A stretch of 64,000 nt of DNA from the human T2T-CHM13v2.0 reference genome, Homo sapiens (GCF_009914755.1 NC_060930.1); one strand, 5' to 3'; numbered from the stretch's first letter, positions 11,201 through 26,489 are shown. Translations and numbers: made by a program. Notes: generated by a model from the sequence alone, not told the origin.

Positions 11201-13744
11201 AATTTTAGATCTCATTCTCATATTTGATATTAAAATTAAGATATATATGAAGATTAGGATATCTTTAATGAAAAAAATCAAACAGTAAAATGTAATCAAT
11301 AGATAAAATTGATGTTAGCTAGCAGAGGCAGAAAATTACCATGCATTTCTTAAATGAACAGTTTTTATCCCCAAACTCAATGCCAAATAGTTGATTTCTA
11401 TTCTATTTTTAAAATAAAGCGGATAACCTCTTTCTCATTAATTTATCTCTTGGAAAATCATACTAATCAATATCTATAAGTAAACACTATTCCTAAGTTT
11501 TAAATTTACCAAAACATTATAAATTATAATTTAAAAGGCTTTAGTTTTTATTTTTGCACACTCAAAAAGATGTAATATGAGACTTCGTTAGGAAAAGCAG
11601 ATCAGGAGTCCTAAGCATTTGGATATCTCACTTTGGTAATTTGGAACCAGCTCCTTCGAAGATGTGCTCTCTCCTCCCCCACTCCACTCCCAAGAGACTT
11701 ACATTGAATGTAACTCCACCTCTTTTTCCCTTACCTTTGTGCTGTGCATACCCACCCTAAAGAAGTGAACATCAGATGCAACATCGCATCAAGAAAAGGC
11801 TGAAAATGTATCATCAATAATTATCTATCTATTAGAGAGATAAATTCTGATGCTTCTTTGAAGTCACATGTAAATGACATTTGAGGTTTTATAAATAGAA
11901 GCAATGCTTCTGAAACAATGCAAAAATAAAGCATAATAAGAAGAAGCTGGTTTTGAGAAAACAGAAGGGAATTATTGTTGTGATTATTTAGTGAACTAAA
12001 TTTAGACTAGGAGTGACACTCAAGATACATCCATTACCATATTTTCCATTAGCCACATGTCATCCTAAGCAATATCGCACTGCTATTCCATTGCTAATTT
12101 TAGCTTGAATAATATAAATTATTTCTTATGTTCAATTTACTTATTTGATATGACAATTTAAAAGAAAAGTATTCCTCTGAATTTAGTGTAAAAAATGGCA
12201 TGCAATGTGCCTATTACTGGCAAAAACAAGGGTCTGTTTCAATTCTCCCTGTCACCTCTGAGGTAGTTGTAACAGTTATTGCTTTCCCAGGTTTTGCATT
12301 TTGCTTCTTGTTTAAACCAGCACTGCTTTTTTTCTTTAAACTTGTTCAATTTACTCTGCACATATTTGAAAATCAGTGCAAATTAAGGTTTCTGTTAAGA
12401 AAAAAAATAATTTGAAAAATGCTGACAGTATAAAACATATAAAATACCAGCTGTAATTATCTTTTGGTAGTTTAATTCCAGTACTTTGCTGAATACTTTT
12501 ATTTTTAGGTGAAATAAAAAGAAGAAATGTTCACTTTTTAGATAGGTATTGAGTTCAGAAAAAAAGTATTGGGATTTTAATTTAAATGCTCTATAAGAAT
12601 AATTTGGGTAATGATTGTATTTATTAGAAATATAATTTTGGAGAAAGGACTTCACAATTTTAAATTTACAAAGTGGAGAATAGTTCAACAACCCTGAATA
12701 TAACCAACTTTCTTTGTTAATAAGCAGTGCATTATGAAAGGGGAAAAGCTGTAGGACCAAATGCATTTCTACTCTGAGGTTAAAAATATTGTCTTAATAA
12801 TGTTGCTATTTTATTTAAAGATCTAAATTTCCAAAATATTTTATGAAAATAATATCTTTTCACATAAGTTAACATTTAGGTTCAGCTCTAAAATAGCATG
12901 CCTTCAATTAAATTTCATTTGGGGAGAAATATTTATTACTTCTTTTCTTTTTAAAAGCAAACCAATTACAGAGGTAGTATATTCCTTTAACATCAGCTCA
13001 AAATCAAAACTATTTATTTGGGGAAAAGTTCATAAAATCATAGCAGTTCACATTGTAAGCCACAGTCAGTTATAGTGGATTTTATAGATACTGTAAAATT
13101 GCTGTTTGAAAAAATATTGTTGAACTTCAGGTTTCTAAAAGTCTCAATATCTTAAACTGCACCTCATATTTTATAACATTTAATAATGGTTCACTTTTTT
13201 CAAGCCTCAGAGGTTTAAAGGCCATTTAGATGTGTTCAAAAGGAAAGCATCAAATACTGTAGATTCCCTGAAACATAAACAAAGGTCTTTAAAACTAGTA
13301 CATAAGAGCAAGTGGTTCAGTGAAAAATTTGCTTCATAATTGAAAGTCCATATACAACTACAAGAAATAAAATTAGAAATTAATTTATTTAAAGCTTTTA
13401 ATTAAAAGAAAATTTGTTTTAACATTCTCACAGTATACAAGACAAATAAACATTATTCTCTGGGTTTATTAAAAAATTGATGTTTAAAATATTAATAACT
13501 ATTATGTTCATAGCTGAATTAGGAGAATATTAACTAGAATAGATACATTTCAAAGATTTGTCTCATATTTTCTTTAGCTATTTTTTTCCATTATCAGAAT
13601 CCTAATACCCACTTCACAGTAGCACACATTGTCCATAGGGCTAACACTAGATACTGTCCATAGACCAAGGCTAGGTTCTGAGTATGTTGTCCTGGGGAGC
13701 TCATGCTAGATTTCAATACTTTTTAAAATTATAAATATTATAAG

Positions 13745-16476
13745 TGGTGTCTACTATTGAGTCTCCAAAGAGAATACCAGAATGAGACATTGATGAAGAA
13801 AGCATATTTGTTTACCTACTGCATGGGGCAGAACACCATCTTGACTGAGGCTTAGTAGTGTCTTAGAAGGGGAGCTTAAGCCTGATACTGTTGTGGTTCA
13901 GGGATCTCCTTGCAAGTGGTTTAAGGCAATCTTTCAATGTAGGATTTAATTAAGGCTAAGCAAAATTCTTAATAGTTTATTATTGTAAAACAGATGAATG
14001 CAAGGAATGACTCTTGGTAAGTAGTTGTTTGATAGGCAAGTATGTTTGACTAGTTGAGTGAACTATTGTCCTGAGAAGGGGCTTGGTCAATATGTTAGTT
14101 CATTTTCATGCTGCTTATAGAGACATACCCAAGACTGGGAAGATAAAGAGGTTTAATGGACTTACAGTTCCACATGGCCGGGGAGGCCTCAAAATCATGA
14201 CAAAAGGTGAAAGGCACATCTCATATGGTGGCAGACAAGAAAAGAGAGCTTGTGCAGGGAAACTCCCCCTTATAGAACCATCAGATCTCGTGATACTTAT
14301 TCACTATCATGAGAACAGCACAAGAAAGGCCTGCCCCAATGATTCAGTTACCTCCCACTGGGTCCCTCCCACAACATGTGGGAATTCAAGATGAAATTTG
14401 GGCGGGGACAAAGCCAAACCATATCATTCCAACCCTGGCCCCTCCCAAATCTCATGTCCTTATATTTCAAAACAAATCATGCCTTCCCAACAGTCTCCCA
14501 AAGTCTTAACTCATTTCATCCTTAACTCAATAGCCCACAGTCCAAAGTCTCCTTCAAGACAAGGCAAGTCCCTTCCGTGTATAAGCCAGTAAAATCAAAA
14601 GCAAGTTAGTTACTTCCTAGATACAATGGGGTACAGGCATTGGGTAAATACAGCCATTTCAAATGGGAGAAATTGGCCAAAATAAAAGGGCTACAGGACC
14701 CATGGAAGTTTGAAATTCAGTGGGGCAGTCAAATTTTAAACCTCCAAAATGACCTCCTTTGACTCCATTACATCCAGGTCACACTGATGCAATAGGTGGG
14801 CTCCTATGGCCTTGAAAGCTCTGCCCCTGTGGCTTTGCATAGTATATCCCACCTCCTGACTGCTTTCTTGGGTTGGCATTGAGCGTCTACAGCTTTTCCA
14901 GGTGCACGGCACAAGCTGTCAGTGGATCTACTATCCTGGGGTCTGGAGGATGGTGGCCTTCTTCTCACAGCTCCACTAGGTGGTGCCCCAGTAGGGACTC
15001 TGTGTGGGGGCTCCAGCCCCATGTTTCCCTTCTCCACTGCCCTAGCAGAAGTTCTCCATGAGGGCCCTGCCCCTGTAGCAAACTTCTGCCTGGGCATACA
15101 GGCATTTCCATACACCCTCTGAAATCTAGGCAGAGGTTCCAAAACCTCAATTCTTGACTTCTGTGCACCCACAGGCTTAATACTACATGGAAGCTGCCAA
15201 GGCTTGGGGCTTCCACATTCTGAAGCAGCAGCCCAAACTGTATCTTGGCCCCTTTTAGTCATAGCTGGAGTTGCTGGGATGCAGGGCACCAAGTCCCTGG
15301 ACTGCACACAGCAGAAGGACCCTGAGCCTGGCCCACGAAACCATTTTTTCTCCTAAACCTCAGGGCCTGTGATGGGAGGGACTGCTGCAAAGTTCTCTGA
15401 CGTGCCCTGGAGACATCTTTCCCCATTGTCTTGGGGGTTAACATTTGGCTCCTTGTTACTTGGTCAAATTTCTGCAGCCAGCTTGAATTTCTCCTCAGAA
15501 AATGAGATTTTCTTTTCTATCACATTGTCAGGGTGCAAATTTCCCAAACTTTTATGCTCTGTTTTCCTTTTAAAACTCAATGCCTTTAACAGCCTCCAAG
15601 TCACTTCTTGAATGCTTTGCTGCTTAGAAATTTCTTCCACCAGACACCCTAAATCACCTGTCTCAAGTTCAAAGTTACAGAAATCTCTAGGCCTAGGGCA
15701 AAATGCCGCTAGTCTCTTCACTAAAACATAACAAGAGTCACCTTTACTCCAGTTCCCAACAAGTTCCTCATCTCCATTTGAGACCACCTCATCCAGGATT
15801 TCATTGTCCATATCATTGTCAGCATTTTGGTCAAAGCCATTCAAAAAGTCTCTAGGGAGTTACAAACTTTCCCACATTTTCCTGTCTTCTTCTGAGTCTT
15901 CCAAACTGTTCCAACCTCTGCCTGTTATCCAGTTCCAAAGTTGCTTCCACATTTTCAGATATCTTTTCAGCAGCACCTCATTCCTGTTACCAATTTACTG
16001 TGTTAGTCAGTTTTCATGCTGCTGATAAAGACACACCCGAGACTGGGAAGATAAAAAGGTTTAATGGACTTACAGTTCCAAATGGCTGGGGAGGCCTCAC
16101 AACCACAGTGGAAGGTGAAAGGCATGTCTCACATGGCAGCAGACAAGAGAAGAGTTGTTCAGGGGAACTCCCCCTTATAGAACCATCAGATCTTGTGAGA
16201 CTTATTCACTCTCATGAGAACAGCATGGGAAAGACTTGCCCCCATGATTCAATTACCTCCCATAGGGTCCCTCCTACAACATGTGGGAATTCAAGATGAG
16301 ATTTGGGTGGAGATAGACCAAACCATATCAGTCTAGAACTCCATTGGTTGGACAAATGGGTTTGTCTGGAGTTTCAGAAGCAAACAATAAAGTTAGACAT
16401 TACAGCTTTATTTTCCTGGGTAGAAATTCCCTGGAACAAAATTTAAAGTCATTTAATATAGGCTTAGTCCTCACAG
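13745..16476 (-). mobile_element. Older ERV LTR (family uncertain), split by the THE1 provirus
   Basis: LTR-like sequence on both sides of the THE1 insertion (13745-14090 and 16331-16476), ending 'cctcaca'. Confidence 0.4.
14091..16330 (-). mobile_element. Full-length THE1B-like MaLR provirus (LTR 14091-14426, internal 14427-15998, LTR 15999-16330)
   Basis: Two homologous ~335-bp LTRs ending CCAAACCATATCA on + strand; THE1-int with the ORF remnant NGFDQNADNDMDNE...GDEELVGNWSKGDSCY; TSD GTCAA (14086-14090) / GTCTA (16331-16335). Confidence 0.95.
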
Positions 16477-16561
16477 TTAAACTCTGGGACCCCAGGGATA
16501 TCAATTCTTAGTATTTGGAAATGATAACAATCATCACTAACTCTCCACACCAGAAGCAGAA

Positions 16562-16611
16562 CAGAGAGGGAGACAGAGAGAGAGAGAGATAGAGAGAGAG
16601 AGAGAAAGAGA
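16562..16611. repeat. (GA)n microsatellite
   Basis: Direct reading. Confidence 0.9.
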
Positions 16612-19130
16612 TTCTCTCATATAAATGTAAAAATAGTCATATATGTGTATGCTATAAAAAATATAAAGACAGTTGCTAGGTAAGCACATTCACACACAAT
16701 TGCAAAAGGATTCTACCTAGTAAAATGTATGAGCCACTTGAATAATCTCTGTCAAATATATACTTCACTTTTTTCTTTCTGAATTTTTGAAGAGAGGCAT
16801 TTTAATGATGAACAATGGCATTTATATCGGGTATTATATCACTGGTTCTCACTTTGTTAAACTGTATATTAGATTAAACTTAAATATATACCTATGAACT
16901 CTAAGATATTTCCAAGTATTCAAAAGTGTTCGAATGGAAGATCTGAGCATTAGTGCAACTGAAAGGCCACATGGGGTCTGCATCAAAGAATCAGCTGGGT
17001 GTTAAAATAAGTAGCCATGGGGTTGGTGTATTTTTGGAATCCATTGTCTGTTCATACGAAATACAGATTTATGAAATAAAATGCCACTTGGCTTCCCTAG
17101 CAATGTATTTGAAATTATTTTCTTCATAATACTTCCTATATTGAAGAAAGGTATTGGCTGCATAAATACTTTCTCTTCTTCATTTTGTTTTTGCTTAATC
17201 TTTGGCTTCCTTCTCTTCCTCACTTCTCTTTATCTCTTAATTTTCTTTTCTTTCTATCCTACAAATAGATATGTCCCAAATTTGCACTAGCCACTGTAGA
17301 AAGACTATAGAGAAGGATAGGAAGATGAATCAGAACTATGTACATAAACATTTTACTGTCTTTTATAATACACTTAGATATGTTAAATAGTATTTTATAT
17401 ATAGTAATGAAAGAAATACCTGTCATGGACAGATATTACTTTTCAGGTTTTTGTGACATCTCTCCAATGAGACCACATGCATTTACTTCTGATGAAAAAT
17501 ACAGTTTGTTCTATGATTTCTTCAATTTCAAGAGATTTTTGGGATTAGTTCAAGCCTATGTATCTATCTATGTAAACTGTCTATGCTTCTTGCCATTACA
17601 GGTTTCCTTTTGATAAGGAATAGCATTTAAATAATAAGTTAAATCCTCATCAGAACTTTCAGAAATCAGGCCAATCTAATATGTAAATATGTACTTTACA
17701 TCTGTTGAATAAAATGGTAGCAGTTAATTCAATGATTTTCATATGGGCTTTATTTTATTTATGAGTAGTGATAAAAATTCAATAAAAAATGAAAAAGCAT
17801 ATAAAAAGGAAAAGGTAAAATGAATAAATGATTTCAGATAAGTTTATTTCAGTGTGACTTCATATGTAACCTACAAATCACATGAAGTATCTTAATCATT
17901 CGCCTTCCTGTTTTGTTTATTCTACAGCTATTATCATCACTATTATCAAATTAGACGTTAGTTCTTGCCACCTAAACTGGTGTTTGGTAGTTACGTGGCC
18001 AGGGGTGAAACTATAATAGTTCAGTAGATGTTAAATGCAAAAACATTATAAATTAGTGTTCTCTGAAAACACTGAAGTTTTGATGAATACCCATTGTTTT
18101 CCTCTCATCTTTTATAATAATTCATAAGGGACAATTATTTACATATTATTTTCTTCCAGAAATGAAAACAATAAAGGCAGATATTAAATTCTAGTGTTCC
18201 TATTATTTGCTCATATCTTCCACATGCTGGTTCTTGGATGAAGTGATTGGTTCACCACAATCCTAGGACAGTGCTTTGAACATCAGTGTCATAGCCTACT
18301 ACATGGGACACATCAACAGCATAGCATCTAATACAACCAAATGGTACTGGTACATGAAGTTGTTTAGAAGAGCAGTTTCAAATGAAAAAATGCGAGACAC
18401 ATTGGAGTCTCACAGGTATAGCCATGTCAGCAGGGACAAATCATAATCAATTTTGAGTAAAAATAAAGTTAATGGCATATTGCCTTTCTTTCCACTTCAC
18501 AAATGTCAGGAAATATAAAATAAGTGCCTGAGAAAAAGACACTATAAAAAACACAAGCTATCATTATGTTTTAAAATGATTAAAATCATATTTTCAAAAA
18601 TATAGTAAATTCTATATATAACTATAAAGTGTGTTCAAATTTCCAACATCTGTGATCTACCTACATAATCAAGGAAAGTAATCAGGAAAATGAATATTCC
18701 TAGAGTCTCAAGCAAATCACTCCAAAATATGCTACAGATAACAGTATAAAATGAAATACAGGTCAAGATTCAGGAACCATGGGGAGGCTTACATTTCTTT
18801 CTGGTTATCATGAGCATTACAGAAAGATAATATCATTGAAATAAGTAGGAATTACTAACATTGGACGGAATTCCCATTTCACATTCTTAAATTTTATACC
18901 ATTCATCTGTGTTTTAAAAAGAAAACTAGGATCACCTTTTTGTCTCTAAGAAAATAAAATTAAATATAATAATGGGAAAATCATGTTTGAAAATTCTAAT
19001 CAATTTTAGCAGTTTACTAAAAGTATTCAATTTTGGAAATAGAAAAATCATAATGGGATTTGAAAATGATTTGCATGAGAAACTAAGGTAGTAAATTAAC
19101 AGGCAGTTCTAGTTCTTAAATGGCATATCC

Positions 19131-19131
<1 letters not shown>

Positions 19132-19165
<34 letters not shown>

Positions 19166-19170
19166 TGTGT
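19132..19170. repeat. (TG)n microsatellite
   Basis: Direct reading. Confidence 0.9.
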
Positions 19171-19249
19171 TTGATAAAGTTTTAGAAGATTCAACCTTTT
19201 AAAGATAGGATAGTAGGCTTATAAATCCACCATAAAAACAGTAATATCA

Positions 19250-19554
19250 GCCGGGCACGGTGGCTCACGCCTGTAATCCCAGCACTTTGGGAGGCCGAGG
19301 CAGGCAGATCACGAAGGCCAGGAGATCGAGACCATCCTGGCTAATGCGGTGAAACCCCGTCTCTACTAAAAATACAAAAAATTAGCCGGGCGTGGTGGCG
19401 GGCACCTGTAGTCCCAGCTATTCGGGAGGCTGAGGCAAGAGAATGGGTGAACCCGGGAGGCAGAGCTTGCAGTGAGCCAAGATGGTGCCCCTGCACTCCA
19501 GCCTGGGCAACAGAGCAAGACTCCGTCTCAAGAAAAAAAAAAAAAAAAAGAAAG
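19250..19554 (+). mobile_element. AluY
   Basis: Full dimer with AluY-type 'gagatcgagaccatcctggctaa'; poly-A; TSD AAA(C/A)AGTAATATCA. Confidence 0.93.
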
Positions 19555-20534
19555 AAAAGTAATATCAACTCGGGCAAATTATAATCAATTTAGTGCAATG
19601 AGCACATTTATTTCTCATTGAATTAATGAGTAATTAATGCAGAAAGATGGTAAGACCAGAGTCTGAAGCCACATCATGTAAAAAGGAAACACATTTTTAT
19701 CTTCTTTTTCTATTTTTCCAATAAATATTCAACCTTAAAAATTATAGACCCTTTAATTTGGCCCATATCAGTTAAATTCAAAAAAGGGAAGTCTGAAGTC
19801 TGTTCCAAACAAAGTCAGTTTGGTAAAAATGTGACTTCAGAATAAGAGAACCTAACTAAAATCAATTTGAGAGAAATATTATGAAAATTTTCTTCTAAGA
19901 CACATTAGTCTTAGAGGCATTGATATTAGACACTAATACAATGCCTGAATTAGAATTAATAGCATGTATTAAATTTCCATAGCAGAAATTCACAGTACTA
20001 AATATACCAGGGAGAATTGGATCATTAACCATTTAATTTTAAGTCCTTTTAAAAAAAAATATGGTCCTCAGACAATGGTCTACACCTTCCTTCAATATAT
20101 GCTTTCTTTATAAGTTGTTTGGGCACTTTAATATTGGGCAGAGAATTCTTACACAAAAATTGATATGCATTTCAAAAACTATATAAGTATACCTTGACTT
20201 GCTCTAACAGAGTTACCCACTATTTAATTAATTTTAAGACCTGTGGTTTACAACTGGGAGATACCTTTTATTCTATTCATCCCTGAAGGCCGTAGACTAA
20301 TATATCTCATATTAATGAAGTTAAAGTTTTCCAGGAAGCTTAGGAGTATTCTTATATTATGTTATGGGAAGCCAAAGCATCAGCAAAATTAGTTTTCACA
20401 GCACATATATTTTCCTGTGACATAATATGGAAAATTGTGTAAATGCATACATTAATTGCATGAAAAACATGAAATGATCTTTCAAACAAATGGGCATATC
20501 TTTATATATCCTATTTCTGGGTTTTTAGGCACTG

Positions 20535-20780
20535 CATAATAATAACTAACAGTAACCACATGCTAGACACTATTCTAAATGCTTTATACATAGCATCTCA
20601 TGTAACCTCGCCTGCAGCTCTACGTGAGAGAGGTACCTTTACTGTCCTCATTTTACAAATGAGGAGCTAAGGCACATGAAAACTCGGAAAACTGGCAAAA
20701 GTTACAGAGACATAATTGCCAGAACCAGGATTTAAAGTGAGTCAATGCAACTGTAGGACCTGTGCTTTTAACCACAGCTG
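20535..20780 (-). mobile_element. MIR
   Basis: 'tgctagacactattctaaatgctttataca...ctcattttacaaatgaggagctaaggcac...gtgcttttaaccac'. Confidence 0.75.
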
Positions 20781-22266
20781 TTTTTCTTGCCTTGTAAAAT
20801 ATTAAAGGTTCCTTGGCCCACACCGGAGTGCTTGAATTCTCTAAAGAAGTTTTCAAAAAAGCTATCCATCTCATCTGCGTAAACAGTGTGTGATGTATTT
20901 GGATTTTGCTATTGAGTATGCAGAGGCTAGGTTTGCTCTTTAGCCTTGAAGGACCTTAGGCAGAGGACTGATGAGAGTCTGTAAAGCCTGAGAGGTGGCC
21001 ATATCTCTCCTCCTTGTTTAGCTGCACTCTTTTCTTTCCAGGTATTCAGGCATTCTCCTAAAACCCTAGCTCTGTTCATGTCAGTGTTCCCTTACTTAGT
21101 CCATTACCAACTAATGCTTCTAGATAAAACTTCAAAAAAAAAAAAAAAATAACATATTCTGTCCTATTTATTTAATTTTCAATATAATTAAATTGTTCAA
21201 AAAATCAACCATTTATGAAGCAATCACGTTCTTAAAAAAGCAGTTATCACTAATCTTGTTTAAGCCAAAAAATTAGATTAGAAAGCAAAATAAAATGAAT
21301 TTTATATGATTCCATTCTCCGCCTGATCTACAGGGAATATAGTTCCCTGGGGGAGGGGTAGAAATATCACACTTTTCAAAATTAGATATTAATAACTCCA
21401 GGCTACAGTGATGGTCTGTGTGTGAGGGAATGTGAGTCCTAAAAGCCACAGATAAATACAATATACCTTCCAGATGCATGAATTGTAATACATAGTAATA
21501 ATTTAAAACATATTTTATTTTAAAAAGATAGTGTGAAATCAGATGCAGCATTTACATGATTATTAAGGATAAAACAGAGACTTAAGATAAATTTCATGTT
21601 TTTACCTGTTAAAACCTACATATCTAAATCCCTCCCTCCTTTTCCCAAGGCAAAGTATTTAGGACTCCAGGGTGAGAATGACTTAATCAGGAATACATGG
21701 AAATTGAGAAATACAGATATTCTAAACTCTGATTTAATGAAATATATTTTGATACTGACAGCCTGACATGTGCCAGTTTCTAGTATCTAAACTTAGTTAA
21801 TATTGTATTGAATTAGGTAGAAAAGGAGAAAACTATCTTACATCATCAACATTGGCCTTTGCAAGAATGATCCCTTCTGTTAAGAGCTGTGATGTTTTAG
21901 AGTTAAAAGAAAAACTAACAATCAGTTAGTCAACCTTTTCATTTTTCAAAGGAGGGTAAAGGTGAGGTGAAATGATATGATTCAAATTGTGGTGCACAAT
22001 ATGGATAGCGATGAAGTTAGTACTGGAAACCAGGTCTTCTGGTTCCCCTTTCAATCTCTTTCCATTGTAATATTACGAACTGAATTCTTATAATCGTAAA
22101 TTGAAAGGCTTATGCACCCAAAGTTGCATGCTTCATTTTTTCTTTTGAAATCATTAGCTTCCAACTAAGAAAGGAAGTAGCCAGGAAAAGCAACTAGATG
22201 AAATTGTTGGAGGGAGGCTACACTAGAATAATCAGAGGAAAGCTTGCACTTCTATCGACTCTTGAT

Positions 22267-23051
22267 GGCCAGACATGATTTACTAGATAAAAGAAACTGC
22301 TGGAAATAAGCCTTCAGTAATGTGATGGCGACATGTGCAAGGAGGAGAATGGAAGCATTTGCTTGTCCTATGATTGGGTTTCTCTCAGCCTTTTAGGGAG
22401 TCTATGGCTCTGGACTGTGAACTTTACAAGTGTTTCTAAGTGTTTATCTACCCTGCCTTAGGTGAGACAGGATGGCTGGAGTAAGCTAGGGTTGGGCATT
22501 TTCCTTCTCTCTGATAGGTTAATCTCTGATAAAAGCCCCAGCAGGTTAAGCTCTGGTTAAGTAGTTTCTCCTGAGGCCAAACCTCATTAATAATAAAATC
22601 TGGTATATTTTGAAATGGTTCTTCTTCCTCTCCCCCTGGCGGAAGCACTAGGAGAATTTTCTTTGTTATTTACTGTGAAAACCTAGGTGAGCTCCTGGAA
22701 GTAGAACTCACACACACACAAAGCCTGGGTGCCCCCATATGACTGGGTCCCATGGGAGTTTTTAACTCTCATCCTTTTCCACACTGAGCCTCCAGCATTT
22801 CATCAATTACAGCTCAGGTTTCCCCATGGTGACACTGGTTCTGTGGGTTTCTGCTCTGGTATGTTGTGATGCTCTGTATCTGCCTCTCTGTCTCTCTAAT
22901 TCTGCAGCAGTGGTTTGCCCTGCGACCTCACTTTTTTTACAGATCTAAGAAGAGTTTTCAATGTTTCAGTTTGTTCAGCTTTTTATTTGTTGTTTGGACA
23001 GAGTGGTGACTTCCAAGCTGCTTACACACAGAACTAGGAACAGGAAGTCCA
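22267..23051 (-). mobile_element. 5'-UTR-only fragment of an old L1 (L1MC/L1MD-type), flanked by a 20-bp direct repeat
   Basis: Reverse strand begins GACTTCCTGTTCC...GCAGCTTGGAAGTCACCACTC, an old-L1 5' end. Flanks are CACTTCTATCGACTCTTGAT (22247-22266) and CACCTCTGTCAACTCTTGAT (23052-23071). Confidence 0.7.
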
Positions 23052-24089
23052 CACCTCTGTCAACTCTTGATCTAGTTTGTCGAGTTTGGCCTCTGTCTGT
23101 GCAGACTTAAAGCAGTAACTTAATCTCTATGTATTTTCATTTCACCATTTGTAAAATAAAGCAGCTGAACTTGATATCACACTAGAACTTGATCAAAAGC
23201 CCAAGAAGCAACAATGTTTTGCCAATCCCTATGTTATCTTCCCTTTTTAAAATTCTGTAATGCTGTGATTACAAATAGCTTCCTAGTTCCTAAAAATTTG
23301 ATGTTTTAAGTGTCTTACTATTTAAGGGTTTAAGAAAGGACATTTGCACAATAATATACGATATCCAAATTTAAATATAAAATATGCCCAAGAAAAGCAG
23401 ATAAGGTCTGCAGTACCTCAGTGTCCATATAATGGCATTGAACAAATGGAAACAGATGGTCTGAGAGAATTAGACATATTCTTGTCTATTAACCACTCCT
23501 AAGAGATCATCCCTCAAATAAGAGTTTGTCTAATAACAGTTTTAGGTCTATGCATTATAGATGAAGACATTTGAAGACCAAAAGCATTCACATCTGTAGT
23601 TTTTAAATTTTAGGCATACTGAGAGTTGTCAGGAAAAATATTTCTGCTAGGGCCCTTTCACACCATATAGGTGATAACCTTATCTGCTTACATCCATGTG
23701 ATGGTTTGGCCAAAGGCCACAGGTCCTTTTACAAAGCAGGGCCTACTTTTATTGTAACCAGTAAGAGCAGACAAAATATAATTTTCTGATTGGCAACTGT
23801 TCTTCTTTGGTTGGAAAAAGACCAGCATGTTCCAGAGGCATCAACTCTATCTTCAATGATCAGGTTAGCTAACATTTCTTTTTGGGATATTCTAGTTGTA
23901 TCAGATGCAGCCAGAAAGACCAGTCTTTCTATGATTTATATTCCTTCACCCAATTGCCTCCTTTTAACCAGTTTTCATGATATAAATTAAGGATATGCCA
24001 GACAATAAATTACTAATTTGATCAATTAATCCATACCAGATAATTTGATTAGCCAAATGAATACTTGTTGAGTTCCTGCAATATCCTAG

Positions 24090-24532
<443 letters not shown>

Positions 24533-26489
24533 TTACACCAGCTGGATTTGGACAACATGAGTTGCTGTGAGACCTAGACTTAGAGTAGAGGCCTAAGGAA
24601 GAATCTCTTCTGTTCTTCACTTGCTCCTCTGGTCCTCACCATTCTTCTTACATGGATAAAAGGAAAGAGACATTATTCCTTAAAACTTAAAGCAAAGGTG
24701 ACCTATGCCATCCCCTATCTTTACATTGTTTTATTCTTCCAATGGAGGGGCACCTCTATGCAGGAAGTAGCTCTAGTTCCATTATACTACTTCATTGTCA
24801 TGAGACAGAAACAAGTAGAGAAGAAGCAGCTGAGTATAAGAAGGAATATCATTTTTACATTTTATATTTTACATAATTTTCTTTCTTCCACCAAACTTTG
24901 ACTGCTATTATTAATGTCTTTAGTTTGTTCCTGGTACATGTCAGGTGTCAGTGGAAGAGGAGAGAGGAGAATAAAATATGAAATAAGGAGAAAGAGCAGA
25001 AGGAACTGTGGCCACTCAGAGGCACCTGGAACCTTCCTCCAGCTAAGACTAGTCTTTGTAGACCACAGTGTAGCATGCTCTGGAGGCAGCCTGAAAAAAT
25101 CATGTAGCCAGCTTAAGGAAAAATGCCAGAAAAGTGATGAAGTTGATTCCTTCTTCCCCTTATATTCTAGACAGCACATTATTCATGCCGTTTCTGGCAC
25201 CAAAGGATAAATTAGGCTGTCTGAATATTCTCGGCAGAAAAGAAGCTATAATAGCAAACTGAGTTATACAACATTCTGAACAAAATGCAATAAGGCATGT
25301 AATAGGCCAAATCAACTCCAAAGTTAAGCTTAAGAAAAAGTCCTCTGCTCTCAATTGTGTGTTTGTGTGGCATAATCTATTTTCTATTCTGGAATAAAGT
25401 CAAAGTGAGAGCAGCTTTGACATTATGAATCACCTGCATCAGAGTGAGCTCTATCACACAAACAATTTATTTTTCATAATAGGGTTTAAAGGAGGAATAA
25501 AACAAGCTATCACAGGAGACATGGTTGACTGATGAATTCATCATGATCACTACTTCTTAATTAATATTTATTGAACAAAAAATAATTGTACTGTTGAAAT
25601 ACATTGTGTCAACTAAGTAGTGTATAGCTGTGGATCAATAGTCACTTAAATAATAAATAAGGTTTTCTTGTTTTCTCACTCTAAGCCAAAATGTGGCTAA
25701 CACAAAAATTGAACATCAAGATTTCTAAGTGGTTACCTCCATTTTTAGTCATACTTTAATTCAAATTCTAGTTGTTACATTTAAAAAAGGATGTGTTACA
25801 TTTATGTGTGCTTATCTGTTTAGAAAAACTACACTTAAACCCTCACTCATTAAACCTAGACTCTCAATTCATTTTATACATACAGTGGATTTCATGCTTC
25901 ATAATCAAATCAGCCTCAACACTTTTAATAGTTACTCTCCAAAAAGAAAATACAAAAAAACCTAAAACAAAGTTAAAATACATGTTTTGTGGGCAACCAC
26001 ATTTGGGAATTTAATCTTGCTGTCATCACTAATGAGAATACACCATTAGGATGTAGGTGGCTTTTCATAGCTTCTTTTGGTAGCATGTTGTAAAAACAGG
26101 AAAAAGAATAGCAAGGAGAGAAAAGTTGATAGTAAGTTCATTTTTAATGCAGAGTTCACACTTTACTCTTTAATGTTTTGCTTAAGATGATAGAAAAACC
26201 CTATAGAATTTCATGGAAATTCTTTTGGAGGGCAATTACCTGAGGTCTGTGTAGGAAGAGCAGATGTGGAACAGCTTGTGATGACCATCAAGTACTTTTT
26301 TTCATTATTTTGTCACCACATGACTTGATACTAGAAAGTGGTAGACATTTTGAAAAAAAAGTATAGTTAAAAGCATTTCAAAAAAGGAATCTGTAAAATC
26401 AGCAATAGACAGCAATGGAATTGATACTATATAAAACTCAGCTGCAGACTTGCATGTTTAATCGAACAAATATCTCAGATGCACCATAT

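Noticed and set aside
14804-15844. ORFs of 126-167 aa
   Set aside because: Remnants and alternative frames of the THE1 internal region, not host genes.
17338-18420. Candidate acceptor sites (TTTCAG, TTACAG, TTCCAG) and a 91-aa ORF
   Set aside because: No recognisable protein and no consistent exon chain.
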